Shown: positions 1 to 8,672, numbered from the stretch's first letter. The stretch is 64,000 nucleotides of DNA from Candidatus Magasanikiibacteriota bacterium (GCA_003518365.1 DOYU01000022.1:24095-88094); one strand, 5' to 3'. Made by a program: numbers and translations. The notes: generated by a model from the letters alone, not told the origin.

Positions 1-400
1 GTGTTGGTCCACAATTGTAAGCGGTAAAAAATTGACCAAGCAAAGTAATGCCTTTATATTTTGGGTCGATGGGAAAAACATCGCGACCAATATCTGATAC
101 TGTTGCAGGATCAGTGCATAGCGACGATGTCGTATGCTCAGGTTGAGTATTGTTTACTATAGCTGTATCTTGACTTGTCAATTCTTGTATAACTGTCACT
201 TTTTTAGCTTCCATCAAATCTTGTGATATTTTTTCATTCTGAATTCTAAGGGCTTGGATTTCTTTTCTCAAAATATCTGTCTGATTTTTTTGAAACAACA
301 TGAAACCTCCTCCCACAAGTAAAGCCGTTACCACTACGCTCAGTATGATTGTCCAGATGTTTTGAGAGCTTTGGGCTGGCTCGTTGTTTTGTAGGTTCAT
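1..400 (-). CDS. Partial CDS, only the N-terminal ~133 aa are in the window. It is a membrane-anchored coiled-coil protein; the start codon is at 398-400 and the ORF runs off the window start.
   Basis: The reverse strand translates without a stop from 400 to 1 (MNLQNNEPAQSSQNIWTIILSVVVTALLVGGGFMLF...), showing one TM helix followed by a heptad-like region. It is not in the ORF track because it has no stop inside the window. Confidence 0.45.
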   Translation of the reverse strand, partial: MNLQNNEPAQSSQNIWTIILSVVVTALLVGGGFMLFQKNQTDILRKEIQALRIQNEKISQDLMEAKKVTVIQELTSQDTAIVNNTQPEHTTSSLCTDPATVSDIGRDVFPIDPKYKGITLLGQFFTAYNCGPT

Positions 401-490
401 ATTTTTTGTTAAGTAATTGAGACAGAAAAGTGGAAAAAAATCAGTAAAATTTCACATAACGCGTGATAGGCGATGTGTTTGTGCAAGGTA

Positions 491-958
491 TTATGTGGTA
501 GGGGATGTCGTTGAATACTCCAAAACAATTATGGGAATTTTTATGCCTTGTTTTATGAACACATCATCTTTTATTTTTACAAATCCATATTTTTTGTAAA
601 AACTTTCGGCATTGATAGTTGATTCAATTTTAATTTTTTTGTGATTTTGTGAAGCTATATGAAGGCCATAATCCAATAGACGTTTTCCCATTCCTTTTTT
701 GTGGAAAGTGGGATCGACAAAAATGGCAATAACCTCTCCGGGAATTGCATGACCAAAGCCGATTATCTTCCCATCATCTTCTGCTACATACATTTCACCG
801 TTATTGATACCTTCGTAGTATCCTTCAGGTGATCTGCCTTCGAGCCATGCTTGTATCTGTCTTTCTGTATAAAAATCTTTGCATGTTGTATGTACTGCAC
901 TCGTGTGAATCCTATGCATTTCTTTTGCATCATTGATTGTTGCTGTTTTTATTTTCAT
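491..958 (-). CDS. GNAT-family N-acetyltransferase. The ORF track extends it to 1048, but the likely start is the internal Met at 958.
   Basis: Acetyl-CoA-binding motifs (IIGFGHAIPGEVIAIFVDPTFHKKGMGKRLL) are typical of GNAT enzymes. The longer start would overlap the upstream ACT gene by 43 nt. Confidence 0.75.
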   Translation of the reverse strand: MKIKTATINDAKEMHRIHTSAVHTTCKDFYTERQIQAWLEGRSPEGYYEGINNGEMYVAEDDGKIIGFGHAIPGEVIAIFVDPTFHKKGMGKRLLDYGLHIASQNHKKIKIESTINAESFYKKYGFVKIKDDVFIKQGIKIPIIVLEYSTTSPTT

Positions 959-1005
959 AAGTGTGTATTCAACGAGTGCATATACTGTGTTGTGCAATGT
1001 ATTTT

Positions 1006-1407
1006 TCAATCTTTTTTTATTACCGGAAATCCAATATCTTTTAGACAAGATATTACCGTGTCATAGGTTTTTTCTCGCACGAGTATGTAGTCTTTTGAAA
1101 AAGTAGAAACGACCAAGATGTTTAAACCTTTGTCAGCAACAGCCTTTGTTATTGCGGCAAGCAATCCCACTCCAAGAAACGGCACAGAAACTTTTATTTC
1201 GAACAACTTAAACCATTTAACTTCTTTGCTAAAGGTTGTTTGAGAAATATTTTCTTCTTCGGTTACTATTGTTGTTTCATCTTGATCCTGTGAAATAAAA
1301 AAATGGTTTTTTATTTCAAATTCTTTACCTTGAAGGTAAACATACCTCCCAGGATGAACAACAACTGTGCTGTTTTTTATTATTTCGGTTAGAGATGGGG
1401 TTTCCAT
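1006..1407 (-). CDS. ACT-domain (amino-acid-binding regulatory domain) protein
   Basis: The C-terminal PFLGVGLLAAITKAVADKGLNILVVSTFSKDYILV matches the ACT fold signature. Confidence 0.5.
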   Translation of the reverse strand: METPSLTEIIKNSTVVVHPGRYVYLQGKEFEIKNHFFISQDQDETTIVTEEENISQTTFSKEVKWFKLFEIKVSVPFLGVGLLAAITKAVADKGLNILVVSTFSKDYILVREKTYDTVISCLKDIGFPVIKKD

Positions 1408-1578
1408 AATTGAAAAAAATTTCAGCTAACGTATGTGAGTATGCGAAGTCCAGCCTTTTGTTTCCAGTACAAACTTTTATTTCACAATAAACCTATTTTA
1501 CTGCTTCAAACCTTCAATTTCAAGAGTGGAAGTTGTGTGGAGTGAAGAAAAAATTATTATTTTTTGTACTTTTTTAGC

Positions 1579-1607
1579 TTGACAGATATGCGTGAGCGTG
1601 ATATAAA
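1579..1607 (+). promoter_or_regulatory. Sigma70-like promoter: TTGACA, 17-nt spacer, TATAAA
   Basis: It lies upstream of the ORF at 1636, and a GGAGG ribosome-binding site precedes the ATG. Confidence 0.45.
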
Positions 1608-1635
1608 GAGTAGTCGCCAACGGAGGTAACTATAC

Positions 1636-1974
1636 ATGATCACGACGATGACGGTAAAAGCGGTGAATGAGCTTCGGGAAGCTCTGCGGTACGCCGAGGG
1701 CAAGTGTGACGTAGTACTTGCCAGTGGTTTACCCTATGATTCGTCCATCGACAATCTAGCTGATTTCCTCGCCCACCTTTTTGAACAAGGGGGTAACGAT
1801 CTTCCTCTTCGTGAGTGGTTCCGTGCGCTCGAAGAACAGACCTTCAGGAAGCTGATTGAGAATGGCGCAAAGGGTGCCGACCTAGATCGTTACCTTGGAA
1901 TGAAGAAGTCGGCAAGGCAACAGTATCTTTACCGGCGATTTGGAATTGCGGTTACCAAATTGGGGAATAGGTAG
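1636..1974 (+). CDS. Hypothetical 112-aa protein in a locally GC-rich segment
   Basis: A GGAGG RBS precedes it and GC content is clearly higher than in flanking DNA. A perfect GC hairpin terminator follows. Confidence 0.45.
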   Translation: MITTMTVKAVNELREALRYAEGKCDVVLASGLPYDSSIDNLADFLAHLFEQGGNDLPLREWFRALEEQTFRKLIENGAKGADLDRYLGMKKSARQQYLYRRFGIAVTKLGNR

Positions 1975-1999
1975 ATCGTCCAGTCGCCCCGCTCATCAC

Positions 2000-2037
2000 G
2001 CCCTGCCCGAGATATCTCGGGCAGGGCATTTCTTTTT
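2000..2037 (+). terminator. Rho-independent terminator: 12-bp perfect GC stem (gccctgcccgag / ctcgggcagggc) followed by a T-tract
   Basis: Seen directly in the sequence at 2000-2027, with attTCTTTTT after it. Confidence 0.8.
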
Positions 2038-2090
2038 CACGCAACCTTATACTCAGTGTTATCGTTGATGTACCTAGAAGTTTTTATTCC

Positions 2091-2675
2091 TTATTTCGTG
2101 AATTTAAAACTCGAAAGCATTAAATCAAAGGTATCAATATATTCTTTATCGCTAGAGGTTGTGTTGTGTAATCCTAATACGTAGGTTTCTGAATTTTTCT
2201 CTACATATACCCCCATATTGTATCCATTATTCAAGTTGATAATGAATTTGTCAGTTGAAACGCCTCCAACAACAACTGGTGATGTTGAAATGATTACATT
2301 GCTATTACGCTTAATATAATCAGCGCTATCAACTCTGGAAACGTTGGTCGTGGGAGAAACTTGAATGTCAACTATTTTGTCATGTGGCACATTTTTCTGT
2401 CCAGGGGCTAAGAATGTGGCTAGGGTTTTACCTCGACTATCTTTAGATGCCAAATCTACAGTCCACGTTGAAGGATATTGAATCGAATACCCATAATCTG
2501 TATTGGTGTACGTTTTCCAATTAGTTGGCACAACTGCTGTATCCGATGGTTCGACAGCACCATTGTACGGCATAATATCATTGTCAGCAGTCGTCGCCTG
2601 ATTAGTCGTGCATCCAGCCCCTGTTGTTAAAACGGTAGTGACGATGGCGAGTAGAAGTAACGTTTTCTGGTTCAT
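2091..2675 (-). CDS. Lipoprotein (signal peptide plus lipobox L-T-T-G-A-G-C). The ORF track extends it to 2729, but the likely start is MNQKT at 2675.
   Basis: An N-terminal hydrophobic segment ends in TGAGC, and a YSIQYPSTW module is present. It is paralogous to the next gene. Confidence 0.55.
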   Translation of the reverse strand: MNQKTLLLLAIVTTVLTTGAGCTTNQATTADNDIMPYNGAVEPSDTAVVPTNWKTYTNTDYGYSIQYPSTWTVDLASKDSRGKTLATFLAPGQKNVPHDKIVDIQVSPTTNVSRVDSADYIKRNSNVIISTSPVVVGGVSTDKFIINLNNGYNMGVYVEKNSETYVLGLHNTTSSDKEYIDTFDLMLSSFKFTK

Positions 2676-2758
2676 ACTTTTGCTGATTATTGAATAAATT
2701 ATATTTTTGCATTTTTTCTTGAATCCCATGCATACCTCTCAATTGAGGTTGGGCTTTT

Positions 2759-3358
2759 TTATCTAAGTTTTATTGTTGGTTCAACAACATCTTTCACTTC
2801 TTGACATCCAATTGGTTTGTTAGAGCCATCACTACCTCCAGAGCCACAGGAACTCATGAAGAGGAGCCAATTATCATTTAGCATTGTAGGATAAGCGTCT
2901 CCGGCGGCGTAACATAGATCAAAGTCTTTCTTGAATTGATCAAGTGAAGTATAACCAGCTTTGTTTGGAAGTAATGTTACGACGAAAGTATCAAATCCTT
3001 GGCTTTCTCCAGTGTACTTGAAGTTGTAGATAGTTTTAGATGAGCCACTAAATTTAGTAACTAACTTATCAAAGTAATCAGCTTCATGTTTGGTACCACA
3101 CTCTTTAGCCATTGATTCTAATTGATTGGCTGTGTAAACAAATGGTGCTGTCTTTTGGGATACAGAGGTGGAGACGCCACTTGTTGAATAGGTTATAGGT
3201 ATTTTTGGATCTTCGCTAACTGGATCAGATGGTTCGACGGCACCATTGAATGGCATAATATAAGGTTCATCAGTTGTTGCTTGATTAGTTGTACAGCCTG
3301 CTCCCATTGTTAATAATGGGATTGCAATTGCAAACAGGAACAAATTTTTTTTATTCAT
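2759..3358 (-). CDS. Lipoprotein, paralog of 2091..2675
   Basis: Its N-terminus, LTMGAGCTTNQATTDEPYIMPFNGAVEPSD, is nearly identical to the neighbour's TTGAGCTTNQATTADNDIMPYNGAVEPSD. Confidence 0.55.
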   Translation of the reverse strand: MNKKNLFLFAIAIPLLTMGAGCTTNQATTDEPYIMPFNGAVEPSDPVSEDPKIPITYSTSGVSTSVSQKTAPFVYTANQLESMAKECGTKHEADYFDKLVTKFSGSSKTIYNFKYTGESQGFDTFVVTLLPNKAGYTSLDQFKKDFDLCYAAGDAYPTMLNDNWLLFMSSCGSGGSDGSNKPIGCQEVKDVVEPTIKLR

Positions 3359-3406
3359 ATATATTACTATTAAACGAATTTCTTAAAATAATTGCTAAAT
3401 TTGCTA

Positions 3407-4336
3407 TTATTTTGTCAATCCAAATGTTTTTATAATTTCTTGAATTTCTGCCATTCTCGCAACCATTGTATTATTGACGGCATCTTGTGCTATTGCATAT
3501 CCGAAAACATATTTACTATTTTCTCCTAGATACGTCGGCGTAGGGCCTTCTTCAGATTCAAGTTTTTGCCATTGGCTTTTTGAATGTACACTAATATTGA
3601 ATAAGGAGTCTTGAACAGAAAAACCAAAGTCAATAGAATCGTTGGTACCTAACGTTCCCCAATCTATTGTTCTGCTTTTTGTCGTATAGTCTTTCCACGT
3701 TTGTGGAAAAGTTAAAGTGAAACCGTAGGTTGAGTTTGTGTAGACAATATCTTGAGGTTGAGTGACTTGTTGATTTGTATTTTGGTTTTGAAAAGAAAAA
3801 CTATTCAATATGGTTTCTATGTTAGTATAGTTTTGATCTGCTGGATCATAACTAATCAAGAATGTGTAATCATTCTGTGGAATCAATATAGAAACTACTG
3901 GGGAGCCAAAATCGCCCGTGAAGTTAATTTTTGTTGCAGATTGACCAGCAAAAGTAATATTCTCACGACTGATTAGGTTTTTTCGTATGTTGTCTTCAAG
4001 GGAAGAACGATTGATTGTAATCATTAACTCTGTATTTTGTTCAGCGTTCGTAATCTCTTTTTTTGAGATCCAAACAGCCTCTGGTTGTGCTTTATCAAGT
4101 TTTGGGCTCTTTGTAAGGAACCAGTCTTCTGGATATTGAAATGAATAATTGAACTCGGAACTACTATAAGTTTTTGTAGTTACTTTTGCAGGTTTTGTCT
4201 GTTCGGTAACATTTTGGTCTGTAGGCAATTTTGACTCCTGATTAGTTTGCCACCAATACACTAAGCCACCAACTACGACAGCGGTGATAATGATGGAGAG
4301 GACGACTGGGACTGTACTGGATTTCGTCTGTTCCAT
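3407..4336 (-). CDS. Membrane-anchored secreted protein with repeated Y-x-(Y/F)-P-x-(D/T)-W modules. The ORF track extends it to 4453, but the likely start is MEQTK at 4336.
   Basis: One N-terminal TM helix (VPVVLSIIITAVVVGGLVYWW) is present. The modules FNYSFQYPEDW and YGFTLTFPQTW resemble the module in the adjacent lipoproteins. Confidence 0.5.
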   Translation of the reverse strand: MEQTKSSTVPVVLSIIITAVVVGGLVYWWQTNQESKLPTDQNVTEQTKPAKVTTKTYSSSEFNYSFQYPEDWFLTKSPKLDKAQPEAVWISKKEITNAEQNTELMITINRSSLEDNIRKNLISRENITFAGQSATKINFTGDFGSPVVSILIPQNDYTFLISYDPADQNYTNIETILNSFSFQNQNTNQQVTQPQDIVYTNSTYGFTLTFPQTWKDYTTKSRTIDWGTLGTNDSIDFGFSVQDSLFNISVHSKSQWQKLESEEGPTPTYLGENSKYVFGYAIAQDAVNNTMVARMAEIQEIIKTFGLTK

Positions 4337-4535
4337 ATGTTTTTGGATTACTGAATAAATCTCATCGCTTATATGAAGCCTACTCTTAATCAAGGAATAA
4401 AGATATACCAACGGGAAACGACGCAGATATATACACATATTGTTTGCTTGCAACTAGAGCATATTACAATCCCTCTTGATGCTTGACGGAGTTCGTGCGA
4501 ATCCGATACAATACCCCTACTAATATTCTTGCACT

Positions 4536-5192
4536 ATGTCATCATTTGAACGCCTTTTTAAACTCGCAAAAAAGACCGGCGACCGTATGATCGTGTTTGA
4601 TAGCGCGATAGGGGACGGGTTTGCGGCTATCCCTATTGATGAATATGAGGCCATGATGACCGACCCACGTGATGTGATGTCTCTCTCTGGTGATGAACTC
4701 CTCGAACAAATCAATGACGATATTGCCATTTGGCGTGCACACCAGGAGGCAACAGAACGAGAAGAATTTGCAGATATTCTCGAAGAAAAACTTGCTGATG
4801 AACCACCCTTTGATCCGTTTGTGGAAGATTTTGCACACAAGCCTGAGTGGCACAGCACAGGAGATGTGTTACAAGATCGGTACAAAAAACCTTCGTTTGA
4901 CTGGCTGGAAGATGATGATGACGATGATGATCTTGGACTGTTTGATTATCATGAACCTGCTGACCATGAACGTCACCGTTCTCGATACGAAGATCCTGCT
5001 GTTGGTGTTGGAGAAGAGGAAGATTTTTTTGGAGATACTGAAGAAGAGGATGAAGAGATGACGGTTGAAACACTGCCGTTTGACCCACCGATGCCACAGT
5101 CTATTCCACCCGCAACAGAACGACCGCTCGGTGATTGGCAAGAAGAACCTCTCGATGAGGAACCGTTGTTTTTTGAAGAACCAATCGAATAA
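4536..5192 (+). CDS. Highly acidic, low-complexity hypothetical protein (Asp7 run, EEEDEE tracts)
   Basis: It is a 218-aa ORF with extreme D/E content and repeated W/F-x-D/E motifs. No catalytic motif was recognised. Confidence 0.5.
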   Translation: MSSFERLFKLAKKTGDRMIVFDSAIGDGFAAIPIDEYEAMMTDPRDVMSLSGDELLEQINDDIAIWRAHQEATEREEFADILEEKLADEPPFDPFVEDFAHKPEWHSTGDVLQDRYKKPSFDWLEDDDDDDDLGLFDYHEPADHERHRSRYEDPAVGVGEEEDFFGDTEEEDEEMTVETLPFDPPMPQSIPPATERPLGDWQEEPLDEEPLFFEEPIE

Positions 5193-5237
5193 ATTCTTAA
5201 ATTTTAAATTCAAAAATTCCTAATTCATCTCAATAAC

Positions 5238-5471
5238 GTGTTACCTTTGTATATGGATAATGCACAACAATCACAACCACCACAGTCAGCAGGACAGCCA
5301 GATTATGCAAATATGAGCGAAAAGGAACAAATGGACGCTGCGATGAAGCAGGCTGGCATGGGGCCTGGAGACCTGAAAAAGATGGTTGCCAAGAATATGG
5401 CAAAAAATATGGTGCAGAGCACAGCAAAGTCATGGATGCGTAGACTTCTTTCTCGCTTTTTGAAGTTCTAG
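5238..5471 (+). CDS. Small hypothetical protein with a Gln/Pro-rich N-terminus and a basic C-terminus
   Basis: ORF only, with no recognisable family. Confidence 0.3.
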   Translation: MLPLYMDNAQQSQPPQSAGQPDYANMSEKEQMDAAMKQAGMGPGDLKKMVAKNMAKNMVQSTAKSWMRRLLSRFLKF

Positions 5472-5515
5472 AACCAAACTGCCACATTTCCCCATGTTAT
5501 CCCTAGAAAGAGGGC

Positions 5516-5544
5516 TTGACGCATTGCGTTGTTTCCTATATAAT
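5516..5544 (+). promoter_or_regulatory. Near-consensus sigma70 promoter: TTGACG, 17-nt spacer, TATAAT, upstream of tuf
   Basis: TTGACG sits at 5516-5521 and TATAAT at 5539-5544, leaving a ~130-nt 5' UTR before tuf. Confidence 0.6.
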
Positions 5545-5675
5545 CGACACGCGTAACTTTTACGCCTTTTTTTCCGGCTCTGCGAAAGCAACACCGGATA
5601 GAATCTTAGATAAAACAAAGTATCATACCGCTGGACACAAATCTGTGCTGACCACTCAGTGCAGTGCGGTGAATA

Positions 5676-6878
5676 ATGTATGCCACTATGGCAGAGTTTA
5701 ATCGTTCCAAACCTCACGTGAATGTGGGTACCATTGGTCACGTAGACCATGGCAAAACAACGACCACTGCAGCGATCCTTGCTGTTGCTGGTGCACATGG
5801 GCTTGTTGCTCAGACAAAAGGTGTCGATGCTATCGACGCTGCACCAGAAGAAAAGGCACGTGGTATTACTATCGCGACTGCACACGTAGAATACGAGACA
5901 GATGCTCGTCACTACGCACACGTGGACTGTCCAGGCCATGCTGACTATGTCAAGAACATGATCACTGGTGCTGCACAGATGGACGGGGCTATCCTCGTTG
6001 TATCAGCTGCAGACGGCCCTATGCCGCAGACACGTGAACACATCTTGCTTGCTCGCCAGGTAGGTGTGCCTTACATCGTGGTCTTTTTGAACAAAGTCGA
6101 CCAAGTATCTGATCCAGAACTTATCGACCTCGTAGAAGAAGAAATCAAAGACCTCTTGAACAAATACGAATTCCCTGGAGACACCACACCTATCATCCGT
6201 GGGTCTGCACTCAAAGCTCTTGAAAATCCAAGCGATGACGCTGCAAGTAAGCCAATCATGGATCTTTTGAAGACGCTTGATGAATATATCCCAACACCTG
6301 TACGTGACCTCGACAAACCATTCTTCATGTCTATTGAAGACGTGTTCTCTATTGAAGGACGTGGTACGGTTGTTACTGGTCGTGTTGACCGTGGGTCAGT
6401 AAAAGTTGGAGAAGAAGTAGAAATTGTTGGTATGAAAGCTCAAACCAGTAAGACTACTGTGACTGGAGTTGAAATGTTCAACAAGAGTCTTGACCAAGCG
6501 CAAGCTGGTGACAACGCAGGTGTCCTCCTTCGTGGTACAAAGAAAGATGAAGTAGAGCGCGGACAAGTACTGGCAAAACCAGGTACTATTACGCCTCATA
6601 CTGAATTTGAAGCAGAAGTAGTTGCGCTCACCAAAGAAGAAGGTGGACGACACAAACCATTCTTCAATAAATACAAACCACAGTTTTACATCAACACAAC
6701 TGATGTAACAGGAGAAGTCACCTTGCCTGCTGGCACAGAAATGGTCATGCCTGGTGATACTGTGAATCTCAATATCAAACTCATCGTCCCAGTTGCGCTT
6801 GAAGAGAAGACTCGCTTTGCTATTCGTGAAGGTGGTCGAACCGTCGGCGCTGGTGTGGTAACGAAGATTATTCAATAA
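5676..6878 (+). CDS. tuf: Elongation factor Tu. A second in-frame ATG at 5688 gives the canonical MAEF...[19 protein letters not shown]-terminus.
   Basis: It carries the [10 protein letters not shown]-loop, DCPGHADY and NKVD motifs. Confidence 0.97.
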   Translation: MYATMAEFNRSKPHVNVGTIGHVDHGKTTTTAAILAVAGAHGLVAQTKGVDAIDAAPEEKARGITIATAHVEYETDARHYAHVDCPGHADYVKNMITGAAQMDGAILVVSAADGPMPQTREHILLARQVGVPYIVVFLNKVDQVSDPELIDLVEEEIKDLLNKYEFPGDTTPIIRGSALKALENPSDDAASKPIMDLLKTLDEYIPTPVRDLDKPFFMSIEDVFSIEGRGTVVTGRVDRGSVKVGEEVEIVGMKAQTSKTTVTGVEMFNKSLDQAQAGDNAGVLLRGTKKDEVERGQVLAKPGTITPHTEFEAEVVALTKEEGGRHKPFFNKYKPQFYINTTDVTGEVTLPAGTEMVMPGDTVNLNIKLIVPVALEEKTRFAIREGGRTVGAGVVTKIIQ

Positions 6879-6887
6879 TAGAAAACC

Positions 6888-6928
6888 GGAGGAGAGCCGC
6901 ACTGCGGCTTTCCTCCTTTTCTTTCTTC
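6888..6928 (+). terminator. Rho-independent terminator after tuf: hairpin ggaggagagccgc...gcggctttcctcc followed by ttttctttctt
   Basis: Read directly from the sequence. Confidence 0.7.
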
Positions 6929-6937
6929 CGTTCTTTT

Positions 6938-7291
6938 ATGACAGCAGACAAGCACCCACAACAAGACGACGACACGCAGACCGCTGGATCAAAGCTTCGT
7001 ATTAAGATCCGCGCATACGATAATAAAATTATCGATATCGCTACAAAAACGATTATCGACACAGCTGAACGAAACGGTGCAAAAGTCGTCGGACCAGTTC
7101 CACTTCCTACTGAGACGGCAAAATTTAGTGTAAACCGTTCTACCTTTGTTCACAAACCTGCGCAAGAACAGTACGAAATGCGAACGCACAAGCGTCTGAT
7201 TGATATTATTTCACCTTCACCAAAAGCAATCGATGCTCTCATGAGTCTCAATTTGCCAGCGGGAGTTGATGTAGAGATCAAGATGAGTTAG
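6938..7291 (+). CDS. rpsJ: 30S ribosomal protein S10 with a ~15-aa N-terminal extension
   Basis: RIKIRAYDNKIID...GPVPLP is typical of uS10. Confidence 0.9.
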   Translation: MTADKHPQQDDDTQTAGSKLRIKIRAYDNKIIDIATKTIIDTAERNGAKVVGPVPLPTETAKFSVNRSTFVHKPAQEQYEMRTHKRLIDIISPSPKAIDALMSLNLPAGVDVEIKMS

Positions 7292-7328
7292 TTGCAAGTA
7301 GCAATGAACAACTAGCAATAAACAAAAA

Positions 7329-7353
7329 AATAGTCCGAAAGGGCTGTTTTTTT
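7329..7353 (+). terminator. Putative terminator after rpsJ: a short stem with a GAAA tetraloop (agtcc gaaa gggct) followed by T8
   Basis: It is preceded by A7, so it could act in both directions. Confidence 0.45.
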
Positions 7354-7367
7354 TGTTTGGTGGTAAT

Positions 7368-7478
7368 GCAAGCAACCCTACCTCCTGTCCTCCTTCCCTT
7401 AAAAAGGGAAAGAGGAACGTGCTAAGAAGGTTTCCTCCTCTTTTTAAGGGAAGGGTTAGGGTGGGGTTGCGTTGCCGC
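7368..7478. repeat. Copy 1 of a hairpin repeat element with terminal inverted repeats, which I call MITE/REP-like (TIR gcaaccctacc ... ggtggggttgc)
   Basis: It shares a 29-nt 5' block and the 3' TIR with the copy at 59139..59215. Confidence 0.7.
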
Positions 7479-7575
7479 AAGAAAAAAAAGTACAAAATCC
7501 AGCCTGCACGGAGCAATCGAACGAAGTGAGATGAAGCCGTGTGGATAACCTATCAATAAACCAACATATCTGCAC

Positions 7576-7604
7576 TTGACAGCCTAGAGAAAGTGAGATA
7601 CAAT
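7576..7604 (+). promoter_or_regulatory. Sigma70 promoter: TTGACA, 17-nt spacer, TACAAT, positioned to drive rplC and the downstream ribosomal genes
   Basis: TTGACA is at 7576-7581 and TACAAT at 7599-7604. Confidence 0.55.
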
Positions 7605-7804
7605 TGTGCCGCACTCAATACTTATATTTCTGTGCACGATAGCTTCATTCGCGGAGCAGATAAGATCTTCTCTTTCGACTCATTCAGTGGTTCAGGGAAA
7701 GAAAACATCTGTGGACGCCCGAAGATATCAGGAGAACACTACTGACACATTCCAATTTGTTACAAGCCTTCGCAAGTCCGCCTTGGGCGGATTATTCCAT
7801 AAGG

Positions 7805-7882
7805 CTAGAAAGAAAGGGTCCAATGCCGTTGTATTGATATCTTTCTTTCTAGTTTTTTGTTACCTTCCCGCATTGCGGGAAG
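7805..7882 (+). promoter_or_regulatory. Attenuator-like leader structure about 40 nt upstream of rplC: a 12-bp perfect stem (ctagaaagaaag...ctttctttctag), then T6, then a second 8-bp hairpin (cttcccgc att gcgggaag)
   Basis: Read directly from the sequence. By analogy only, it resembles the L4-mediated attenuation seen in S10 operon leaders. Confidence 0.4.
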
Positions 7883-7894
7883 CAATGACTGCAT

Positions 7895-8662
7895 ATGAAA
7901 TGTATTTTAGGAACAAAAAAAACAATGACACAGATCTTCCGTGAGGATGGTACTGTTGTTCCGGTTACTCGTGTACAGGCAGGTCCATGTGTTGTCACAC
8001 AAGTGAAAACGGTAAAGCGTGATGGTGTGAGTGCCCTACAGATTGGATTTGGTCCACAAAAAGCATTTCGCCTTACAAAACCACTCAAAGGACATTTGAA
8101 AGATATCGATGCTGTTAGACATATGCGTGATTTCCGCGCACCAGAGGATCATGGTCTTTCTCGAGGTGATAGTTTCACAGTCAGTATTTTTTCTGAGGGA
8201 GACCGTGTGGAAGTTGTCGGCGTATCAAAAGGAAAAGGATTCCAAGGTGTTGTCAAACGTCATGGATTTCGTGGGGCACCTGCAAGCCATGGTCATAAAG
8301 ATCAGCTTCGCATGCCTGGAAGTATTGGTGCCGGCGGTGTGCAGCGTGTATTCAAAGGCGTTCGTATGGGCGGACACATGGGAGACCAGCAAGTCACTGT
8401 GAAAAATTTGGAAATTGTTGGTATTGATGAAGAAAAAAATGAATTGTTGATCAAAGGCGCTGTTCCTGGTGCATTTGGTGGTTTATTGATAATTTCTACC
8501 GAAGAAGGAACCATTGAGGTTGCTCATGCTGCGGAAACAAAAGCGGATGCTACTGATGAGCTTGTTGACGATACAAAGAAAGAAGAACGCACCGAAGTTA
8601 CTCCTGAAACTAAGGTTGAGGAGACCCCTGAAGAAAAGAAAGAAGAAGCACCTGCTGCATAA
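7895..8662 (+). CDS. rplC: 50S ribosomal protein L3 with a ~50-aa acidic C-terminal tail
   Basis: MKCILGTKKTMTQIFREDG aligns with the uL3 N-terminus. Confidence 0.9.
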   Translation: MKCILGTKKTMTQIFREDGTVVPVTRVQAGPCVVTQVKTVKRDGVSALQIGFGPQKAFRLTKPLKGHLKDIDAVRHMRDFRAPEDHGLSRGDSFTVSIFSEGDRVEVVGVSKGKGFQGVVKRHGFRGAPASHGHKDQLRMPGSIGAGGVQRVFKGVRMGGHMGDQQVTVKNLEIVGIDEEKNELLIKGAVPGAFGGLLIISTEEGTIEVAHAAETKADATDELVDDTKKEERTEVTPETKVEETPEEKKEEAPAA

Positions 8663-8672
8663 TGCTATCTAT

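Noticed and set aside
5545-5675. tRNA genes upstream of tuf (thrU-tyrU-glyT-thrT type)
   Set aside because: The 130-nt segment has no cloverleaf-compatible arms, so it is treated as the tuf 5' UTR.
7606-7944. 112-aa ORF inside the rplC leader
   Set aside because: It has no RBS, overlaps the rplC start and the attenuator hairpins, and is compositionally non-coding. The region is better explained as a regulatory leader.
8514-8672. Track start of rplD with a 53-aa Lys/Arg-rich N-terminal extension
   Set aside because: The extension is an alternative frame running over the acidic tail of rplC. The conserved L4 N-terminus begins at the Met at 8673, just after the rplC stop.
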